A stretch of 63,833 bases of DNA, the filler included, from Octopus bimaculoides (taxonomy: Eukaryota): assembly GCF_001194135.2 (NCBI RefSeq). It is 6 parts of 5 records of this genome, joined end to end, with 100 filler letters (N's around TTAATTAATTAA, not from the genome) between each part and the next. Parts side by side here need not be neighbours in the genome. Positions count along the whole stretch, not along the records: positions 36,583 to 55,760 come from NC_068983.1; positions 55,861 to 59,637 come from NW_026342767.1; positions 59,738 to 61,574 come from NC_068987.1; positions 61,675 to 63,833 come from NC_068989.1; 2 more parts are not named here. One strand, 5' to 3'. The position numbers and the translations under genes are program-made. Each line of letters opens with the position of its first letter. The stretch's first letter is position 1. The notes beneath the pieces are model-generated. The model saw only the letters and a list, made by a program, of their open reading frames with translations, had not been told where the DNA came from and made no database searches. This document shows, piece after piece, positions 55,718 to 63,833 of the stretch.

Positions 55718-55721
<4 letters not shown>
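55491..55721. repeat. Inverted repeat, ~52-bp arms (55491-55544 and 55670-55721), right tail into (TA)n
   Basis: Arms TCGAAA(C/T)ATGTGTCGTACTAAATA..TTATTTTATTAATAC. Confidence 0.85.
55522..55574 (-). ncRNA. Minimal type I hammerhead ribozyme motif (C3U core variant)
   Basis: Minus strand ATTTATGTAC-TTGAAGA-GACCC(ACAAC)GGGTC-GAAA-C(ATGT)G-T-C-GTACTAAAT. Perfect 5-bp stem II, GUC site, stem I of 4+5 bp, palindromic ACATGT stem III. Confidence 0.7.
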
Positions 55722-55760
<39 letters not shown>

Positions 55761-55860
55761 NNNNNNNNNNNNNNNNNNNNNNNNNNNNNNNNNNNNNNNN
55801 NNNNTTAATTAATTAANNNNNNNNNNNNNNNNNNNNNNNNNNNNNNNNNNNNNNNNNNNN

Positions 55861-55897
<37 letters not shown>

Positions 55898-56250
55898 AGG
55901 TGTATTCTGTTAGGGGCATATTACAGTACTAAGTAGAGCTCATTTGCCCTTAGAATTACCAAATAGTCGGCAGTATTACAGTATACTTCCAAGTGTGGGT
56001 TTAGGTATCCATCATGTGTGAAAGAATGTTTAGCATCAAAGTCAAAGATTTACTAACAGGGATAGCGATTATGTATTACCTGAAGAGATACAACTGGATC
56101 CCATTATACAGGTAAACCATTGCTTAATTTAAATCCTGTGTATATGTGGATCTATGTTGTTTTGAAACCTGTGTAGTGTTTGTTAAATATCTGTCTAAAT
56201 GTACTCATTCTTGACCCTATGTATTCAATTTTATATATATATATATATAT

Positions 56251-56501
56251 TGAGAGAAAAGCTGAACATTAGAAGCATCAGTTGTGGCGTGCAAGAGAGA
56301 CGATTGCGCTGGTATGGACATGTGGTGAGAATGGAGGAGGATAGCTGCGTGAAAAAGTGCCACACCCTAACAGTTGAGGGAACCCGTGGAAGAGGTAGGC
56401 CCAGGAAGACCTGGGCTGAGGTGGTGAGGCAAGACCTTCGTACATTGGGCCTCACCGAGGCGATGACTACGGACCGAGACCTTTGGAAATGGGCTGTGCA
56501 T
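56251..56501 (+). mobile_element. RTE LINE ORF2 C-terminal fragment
   Basis: LREKLNIRSISCGVQERRLRWYGHVVRM..GTRGRGRPRKTWAEVVRQDL, carrying the RTE hallmark LRWxGHVxRM and GRPRKTW motifs. Starts at (TA)n and runs into a gap. Confidence 0.88.
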
Positions 56502-56881
56502 NNNNNNNNNNNNNNNNNNNNNNNNNNNNNNNNNNNNNNNNNNNNNNNNNNNNNNNNNNNNNNNNNNNNNNNNNNNNNNNNNNNNNNNNNNNNNNNNNNN
56601 NNNNNNNNNNNNNNNNNNNNNNNNNNNNNNNNNNNNNNNNNNNNNNNNNNNNNNNNNNNNNNNNNNNNNNNNNNNNNNNNNNNNNNNNNNNNNNNNNNNN
56701 NNNNNNNNNNNNNNNNNNNNNNNNNNNNNNNNNNNNNNNNNNNNNNNNNNNNNNNNNNNNNNNNNNNNNNNNNNNNNNNNNNNNNNNNNNNNNNNNNNNN
56801 NNNNNNNNNNNNNNNNNNNNNNNNNNNNNNNNNNNNNNNNNNNNNNNNNNNNNNNNNNNNNNNNNNNNNNNNNNNNNNNNG

Positions 56882-57670
56882 TTTGGCCGTACGGCTTTTG
56901 AATGTTGTTTTCACTGTCCATTTTTTCCTGTCTTGGTTTGTGTTTGCCACCTTGGAATCCTCTGTGTAGTGGGTTGATCCACTACTCAGGAAGAGACTAT
57001 TCTAGAGTACGTTCTGTCTTATCTTCGAAACGTCTAGATAGAATAGAGACAGCTGATGAAGGGATATTCCAAGTGGCTTTCCGTTTTCCTATATGTTCGT
57101 TCCGTTGTCTGTAGTTTATTGTTCTAACGTCCTGTACCCTGATATGCATGTATATACACATGTAGATGTAAGTATGTACATATATGTGTGTATACATGTA
57201 TATATATTCTTTGTATTATATATATATATATATATATATAAAGTTAAAACTTACTTGCAAATGGACACGTGGTGTTCGATAATATAATAATACAAATGAT
57301 ATGTGAGCATATGCATGTATACATACATATATGTATATACCTACATCTACATGTATATATAGATGCATATCCAGGTACAGGACGTCACAAAAGGAATGGG
57401 AACATAAACAAAGCACAAAAACGGACTTTTTTTTATGGACAACAGAATGAACACATAGGAAAACAGACGAGCCACTTATGGAACTTTTCCTTCATCGGCT
57501 GCCTCTATTCTAAGCTAGGCGTTTCGAAGATGAGGCAGAACGCGCTCTTAGAATAGCTCTTCCCATGAAGCGGATTAACCTGCTAAGCGGAGGGTTCCAA
57601 AGTTGCAAACAAAAACCAAGACAGGAAAAATTAAACAGTGAAAACAACATTAAAAGGCCGTAGGGCCAAA
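56882..57670. mobile_element. Tail-to-tail inverted pair of the CTGATGAAGG / GACGTCCTGTACC terminal-repeat family
   Basis: 56882-57190 aligns to the reverse complement of 57310-57670 (~75-80%), with TA-rich tails in the centre. Confidence 0.85.
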
Positions 57671-57906
57671 TGCGATGAGATATTGAACGCTGTGATATGA
57701 CGAAGCTGAATGGAAAGAGACAGTAGTTTCGTCTTGCCTTTATGCTGGCTGAAGGGAGAAACGAAGAGGTGACCGCAGGTCACGTGATCAACGAGGAGTG
57801 GGAGGAAGTGGAACAAAGGTGAGCGATGATAGACAGGGAGGAAGAGTAAGAGAGAGATATGTATAGCAGTGAAAGGGAGAAGCAAGGACAACAGAAGGAA
57901 GCAGAA

Positions 57907-58000
57907 CAGAGGGTGCTGAAAAGTTCCTGGTTTTAGGGGTATTGCAAAAAAGGCCTGGTTGGATGCCCATCCTTCTGAGTTCTTTTGCAGGGCTTATAGT

Positions 58001-58038
<38 letters not shown>

Positions 58039-58484
58039 TATCATCATCACTTAAAGTCCGTTTTCCATGCTGGCATGGGTTGAGCGGTTTGCCCAGAGCT
58101 GACAAGCTAGGGAGCTGCACCAGGCTCCAGTTGTCTGTTCTGGCCAAGGCTTCTACAGCTGGATGCCCTTCCTAATGCCAACCACTTCACAGAGTGTGCT
58201 GAGTGCTTTTACATGGTACTGCATGGGCGTTTTTAGATGGCGCCGTATGGGCACTTTTGTGTGACACTTCTGTGAGTACTTCTCACCACCAGAGGGACCA
58301 GTCTTAACACTTCTGCTGTGGATAACAGGTCTTCTTGAGTACAGCAAAGCACCAGGCATCTCAGTCCTTTGTCATCTCACCTGAAAGGTTCAGTGTCCTG
58401 AAGATATGTTGAATAAAATCATAATTAACTGATCCTCCTGTATTTTCCTTTACTCAAAGCCAGGAACCTCCCAGCACCCTACTC
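57907..58484 (+). mobile_element. Mariner MITE related to 53804-54016, split by an RTE tail insertion
   Basis: Left TIR GAGGGTGCTGAAAAGTTCCTGG and right TIR CCAGGAACCTCCCAGCACCCT. Flanks of the insert match the intact copy (GAGTTCTTTTGCAGGGCTTA; AAAATCATAATT..CTGATCCTCCTG). Confidence 0.75.
58001..58400 (-). mobile_element. RTE-associated LINE 3' UTR ending in (GAT)n
   Basis: GGCATTAGGAAGGGCATCCAGCTGTAGAA..CCATGCCAGCATGGAAAACGGAC then (GAT)n. The link to the RTE ORF is inference. Confidence 0.75.
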
Positions 58485-58570
58485 AGATATATATATATTT
58501 ATATATATATATACACATACACACACATATATATATATACATATACATATATAGCGATAGATCATTGTCT

Positions 58571-59030
58571 TCATCATCATCATCATTGTTTAACGTCCGT
58601 TTTCCAAGCTGGCATGGGTTGGACGGTTTGACTGAGGTCTAGAGAGCTAGCAGCTGCACCAGGTTCCAGTCTGGTCTGGCAAATTTTCTGCATCTAGATG
58701 CCCTTCCTAACACCAACCACTCCAAGAGTGTAGTGGGTGCTTTCTACATGCAGGCCTTGCATCAATCACGTTAAAATAGTGCATTTTACGTGCCACCGGC
58801 ACGGGAGCCAGTCAGGGGACACTGGCATCAACCATGTTTGGATGATGCATTTTACATGCTGCCGGAATGGGAGCCAGTCAAGGGGCACTGGCCACAGCTA
58901 TGATTTTGGTTTTACTTGACTCAACAGGTCTTCTCAAGCATATCATATCACCCAATGCTTCAAGGGTACTCTTAAATGGGCCCGACATGCAACACTTGGC
59001 ATCAGCCATGGCTGCGAAGCACTCAATCAT
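58571..59030 (-). mobile_element. Second copy of the same LINE 3' UTR
   Basis: Same terminal motifs, plus GTGCCGGTGGCACGTAAAA units. Confidence 0.75.
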
Positions 59031-59751
59031 AATCCAAGTTATGTCTAACCACATCAAGTGGTAAGGAATATCTACGATTACTTAAGGTAAGCAACTCCAA
59101 ATGGATTTCCTCTGATGGACAAATCCCAATGGATTCCCTCCGATGGACAAATCCTGAGTTTGCTTCACTGGATTATAAATAGTTTACCCAGTGTATATAC
59201 AAGACAATTAAAATGAATCCAGAGAATATCCCCAAAAGAATGAGGCCTCAAACGGCTGCTCATGGAAACCACACAAAAGCCACGATCACCCTGACCTTTA
59301 GGGCAGGCGCTTTCTCCTCTTCCTCTAACCTCAATCTAGACACACATGCTTAGAGTAAGCCTGTTCACTTGGGGCCATTTGTGCTATATTCACCCACCCA
59401 GTAATTTTAACAAAATTGCTGAGAGGCAGCACTTCCCTTGAATATATATATATATGTATATATGTATATATATATGCTCATACAACAAAGGTTATTTAAA
59501 CCTTCAAACCGAATTCTTTTCTGACAACTCATGTTTCCTAACACAGTGATTATCTAATGAAATGATCACCATGGCGTGAAATTCGAGTCGCAAGAAAGGA
59601 ATTTGGTGTAAATAAAGTATATAATATTTTTCACATCNNNNNNNNNNNNNNNNNNNNNNNNNNNNNNNNNNNNNNNNNNNNTTAATTAATTAANNNNNNN
59701 NNNNNNNNNNNNNNNNNNNNNNNNNNNNNNNNNNNNNTATATATATATATA

Positions 59752-59790
<39 letters not shown>

Positions 59791-59795
<5 letters not shown>

Positions 59796-60150
59796 TAATA
59801 CAAAATGGGACAAGAACACAAAACATCAGACAGTTAGGTGATACAAGAAAGGAACAACAAAACATCCAGATAGACGATACAAAGAAAAGAAAGACGGGTC
59901 ATTCGGAGTTTTCTTTCCTCAGTCGAATTCCAGATTATCTTTGCAATTTCGGTTGGTTATTCTCGATATTGCTCCAATCTGGCCAACCCCAAGGAAAAAC
60001 TAAACTAAGAGCATTAGATTCCTTGGAAGAAAGCAGCGAATGTATACAAAAACACGGACGGAAAAAAAAAACGAACTATGTTAACCAAATACAGTAGGAA
60101 TAATAAAGGGACATAACAACAGATGCTTTTCGACTAAGGACAGAGAGAAG
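59791..60150 (-). mobile_element. Penelope-like terminal remnant, same family as 1-480
   Basis: Shared sequence blocks; CTGAGGA motif on the minus strand near 59917-59923; ends in (TA)n. Confidence 0.45.
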
Positions 60151-60183
60151 GAGGAAATGGGAGAGAGAGAGAGAGGGTGGGGG

Positions 60184-60246
<63 letters not shown>

Positions 60247-60983
60247 CAGATAGATAGATAGATAGATAGACATTTGAGAAAGATATTCTCAAATAAAAAA
60301 TTTCAACATGATGTCCTTTAATAGCAAGCGTCGTTTCAGATTTTCTGCGCTTTGTCTTCTAATTCTACCGAGATCGGCCATTCTGTTGATAATTAGGGTA
60401 ACTAGATTTGCGGGATATATTGTATCTCTCGATTCTGATGCCAACAACTGGTACTAAGATGCAAAGACGCTAACTTTTTCCTTGTATAACACCAGTGTCA
60501 CGTCTTCTTTTGGGAGAATATGGTGAATAGCAAGCAGTTCGTTATGCAGATATGGATATGATTTTCCTCCATTGATTTAAAGATACAATTTCAATTCTTT
60601 TTTGCTTTGCTCATCGCATGTTAACAATCATGAAGTTAAATATATGTATTTCTTCTGTTCAATATGGTTTGAGAAATTACTTGCTTTCGTGAAAAGAAAG
60701 GAAATTTTAGTAAGATTTTCATCTGTAAATCACGTATAACCACATTACAAAAACGCCAATGTTTTCTTTTCTTTTTATGCGTTTCCTGCCTTATCTATAT
60801 CTTATCATTTTATGTTTCTAATAAATTATAACTAAATGCTAATAATAAGAAAAATATATAAACGCCATTCTAATCCATTTACATTTTAACAATAATGCAA
60901 TAATAAAGGCTAAAACTACAAGGTTTCCGATTTGAAGACATTACATGTAGTAAATACATATTGTTTGTCTAAAGCTATAGATA

Positions 60984-61220
60984 TTGAGTTGTCGGATAAA
61001 TTCGTTCGTTTTTTTTGTTTTTTTTCATTTATTTTAATGCTTATTTTTCAACCATTTTTTTAAAAATCAATCAATAATATATTCTCCATTTTTTCTATGA
61101 ATTCTTGCCAGCATCCCACTAACACATCAATATCTTGACAATAGAAACCACTGCCTCCTGATTCGAAGAATTCATCGAGCCACGTTTTAGCTTCACGAAT
61201 GAATTTATTTGACAGCCCAA
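60984..61220 (-). mobile_element. Complete mariner MITE (237 bp) with TA target duplication
   Basis: 25-bp TIRs, 20/25 identical (TTGAGTTGTCGGATAAATTCGTTCG / TTGGGCTGTCAAATAAATTCATTCG), TA on both sides. The interior reads EAKTWLDEFFESGGSGFYCQDIDVLVGCWQEFIEK..GEYIID, a mariner C-terminus. Confidence 0.85.
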
Positions 61221-61308
61221 TAATTCAGAAGAATTTCAGCAACCATTCAGAAAAACTTAATGTATTCTTAGAGAGAATACTTTGCTGTAACAAACTCAGA
61301 TTTTCCAT

Positions 61309-61530
61309 ATCTTTTTATCTTTTATCTTCTACTCGTTTCACTCACTAGACTGCGGCCATGCTGGGGCACCGCCTTAAACGGTTTAGTCGAATGAGCCGAT
61401 CCCAATACTTCTTTTTCTAAGAAGGGGTACTTATTCTATCGGCCTGTTTTGCCGAACCGTTAAGTTACGGGGTCACAAATACACCAATACCGGTTGTCAA
61501 GCGGTGATGGAAGGACAAACACAGACACAA
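61309..61530 (-). mobile_element. SINE family A, 3' half
   Basis: Reverse complement contains CGCTTGACAACCG..TAACTTAACGGTTCGGCAAAA..GGCGGTGCCCCAGCATGGCCGCAGTC. Confidence 0.85.
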
Positions 61531-61541
61531 AAAACCCACAC

Positions 61542-61574
<33 letters not shown>

Positions 61575-62416
61575 NNNNNNNNNNNNNNNNNNNNNNNNNN
61601 NNNNNNNNNNNNNNNNNNTTAATTAATTAANNNNNNNNNNNNNNNNNNNNNNNNNNNNNNNNNNNNNNNNNNNNTATATATATATATATTATATATATTA
61701 TATATATAGTTCTATAAAATATAAGAGTTAATTTCTGGTAGTACAAAGAAAATTCAATTTGAATCTGAAAATTATTCTGTATTTTGAAAGGAAATTAATA
61801 AAGAAATGAAATAGGTTTAATATATAAAAACACATCTAATTTATCTGGCCTCTTTTGACATATTTGAACCCTCTCATCTCCTTGCATAATGCTGCCCCTC
61901 TCTGGGTTCATATTCTTGCATGCTGCATGGTGACCTCAAAACAGTTTCTCTTCTTCACCAGTCTTACAACCTTAACTAGGCATACATCTAAATATCCAAT
62001 CAAACTTAATATATTATTTGCTATATACCTTCTTTCATTTTAATTTTTAATACTTTCACAGTTTACCTTCCTGTTTTTCATGAATAAAAACACATGGACA
62101 GGTTCTGTCAGTAATCCACATATCTACAAATTTATCATCATGTAATGTTCATGTTCCATGATGGCATGGATCCAGTGAGTTCAAAGACTGTATCATCCCC
62201 CCAATCTCTGCTTTGGTATGATTTCTATGGTTTGATGCTCTTCTTAACACTAGCCACATTACAGTGTGTACTAGGTACATTTCTCAAGGCACTAGCTAGC
62301 AATATGAAGATCCACTTCTTCTGATTGTGCCAACAGTAGGGAGAGGTGGTTTTATGATATGAGATTAGGGTTTAAAGTATAAAAGAGGTAGTTAGAGATT
62401 AGAACGACTTTCTTGC

Positions 62417-62574
62417 TGTGACACATAAAAAGTACCCACTACATTCTTGGAATGGTTGGCATTAGGAAGGGTATGCAGCTGTAGAAACCTTGCTGGCTTG
62501 CCAGTCCCCAGTCAAACCATCCAGCCCATGCCAGCATAGAAAACGGACGTTAAACAATGATGATGATTATGATG
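62417..62574 (+). mobile_element. LINE 3' UTR fragment ending in (GAT)n
   Basis: TGGTTGGCATTAGGAAGGG..AAACGGACGTTAAACAATGATGATG. Confidence 0.75.
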
Positions 62575-62918
62575 AGAAGCTACATGGTTATTCACATTGC
62601 AGAAGAAAGAGCATGAGTAGCCAAGGTGGAGGTTAAAAGAGATAAAATAGGTGATGAGATATTAGGATGGATCTAATAAGCATGAGGTGAGGTAGAAGTG
62701 AATGGAGACAGGAGAAGAAGGAGTACGGGTGGGTAAAGATTGCAAGAGTGTTGGGAGAATTGGAGATGGTTAGAGGTGGTGAGAGGGTGATTATAATGAA
62801 CAAGTGTTGAGGAGTGATATGCTGGGAATGTAGGGAAGAGTAGATGACAGCTGTAGAAATTTTGAGTTGAGTTGAAAGGTGGTTGTAGTGAATGATACAA
62901 AAGGGGTGAGAGTGAACA

Positions 62919-63252
62919 GTTCAGTCCCACTGTATGGCACCTTGGACAGGTGTCTTCTGCTATAGTCTTGGGCCAACCAAAGCCTTGTGAGTGGATTTGA
63001 TAGGCAAAAACTTAAAGAAACCTGTCGTATATATGTGTGTGTGTTTGTCTCCCCATCACCACTTGACAACTGGTGTTGGTGTATTTAGGTTCCCATAACT
63101 TAGTGGTTCAGCAAAAAAGACTGATAGACTAAGTACTAGGCTTGATAAATAAATCTTGGGGTTGATTTGTTTGACTAAAAGCCCTTCAAGGGGGTGCTCC
63201 AGCATGGCTGCAGTCAAATGACTGAAATAAGTAAAAGAATAAAAAAATAAAA
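62919..63252 (+). mobile_element. SINE family A, nearly full length
   Basis: From GTTCAGTCCCACTG through CAGTCAAATGACTG and the tail. Confidence 0.88.
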
Positions 63253-63255
63253 ATA

Positions 63256-63570
63256 TCTAATATATAAAATAGAGATGTGTGCGTATTCACTTTTTAGGTG
63301 AAAATAACTTCACCAATTGCTTTCATACTTGTGATGCATGAATAATTAGACCTCGGAAAAATTATAGGCTGTTCATTTTTTTATTTTTAATGTGTGCGTA
63401 TTCACTTTTCATGTGAAAACGGCTTCACCAATTGCTTTCATACTTGTGATGCATGAATAATTAAACCTCAGACAAATTATAGGCTGTTCATTTTTTTCTT
63501 TTATTCGAAATTATTAAAAATAAAAAATATTGCTCTTTATATTATATTCACATCTTCGAACTGGCTCCTA
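63256..63570 (+). mobile_element. Putative non-autonomous Helitron 5' part with a 115-bp tandem duplication
   Basis: A|TCTAATATATAAAA start resembles Helitron 5' ends. Two ~90% identical units start at 63276 and 63391. No CTAG end visible. Confidence 0.4.
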
Positions 63571-63827
63571 TGCAGGTGGCACGTAAAATACACCATTTTG
63601 AGCGTGGCCGTTGCCAGTACCGCCTGACTGGCCTTCGTGCCGGTGGCACGTAAAAGCACCTACTACACTCTCAGAGTGGTTGGCGTTAGGAAGGGCATCC
63701 AGCTGTAGAAACTCTGCCAAATCAAATTGGAGCCTGGTGTAGCCATCTGGTTTCACCAGTCCTCAGTCAAATCATCCAACCCATGCTAGCATGGAAAGCG
63801 GACGTTAAACGACGATGATGATGATGT
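63571..63827 (+). mobile_element. LINE 3' UTR with GTGCCGGTGGCAC hairpin units and a (GAT)n tail
   Basis: Same family as 58001-59030; little diverged. Confidence 0.8.
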
Positions 63828-63833
63828 ATATAT

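Noticed and set aside
56076-56115. Third hammerhead (TTAC-CTGAAGA-GATAC..GATC..GTAA)
   Set aside because: The GAAA half of the core and a valid NUH site are missing.
60270-60570. Minus-strand frame of ~90 codons with one stop (..IINRMADLGRIRRQSAENLKRR..)
   Set aside because: Internal stop, no recognised family and no clear splice boundaries.

Overview
This is AT-rich eukaryotic DNA, very probably octopus (coleoid cephalopod). That call rests on the tRNA-derived SINE families and the extreme (TA)n/(CA)n/(GATA)n/(GAT)n microsatellite load. There are many N gaps, five of them an artificial 44N-TTAATTAATTAA-44N linker. I could not identify any host gene with confidence. Nearly all long ORFs in the track are microsatellite or gap read-through. 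The supportable content is mostly transposon debris: a near full-length DD37D (maT-type) Tc1/mariner with a dead transposase (54083-55363), three mariner MITEs, CR1-like RT fragments (47-48 kb and 28.3-28.6 kb), RTE LINE ends, an R4/Dong-like endonuclease end sitting in a (TATG)n tract, several SINE families with swapped modules, a possible LTR and a possible Helitron. The most interesting signal is a set of (TA)n-anchored, often inverted, Penelope-like terminal repeats. Two carry recognisable minimal hammerhead ribozyme folds (55522-55574 and 41802-41847, minus strand). A third family shows two crossing helices, one with a compensatory base-pair change, just before a CUGAUGA motif (57.0 and 57.5 kb). 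A few candidate exons are listed at low confidence. All identities are estimates by eye.
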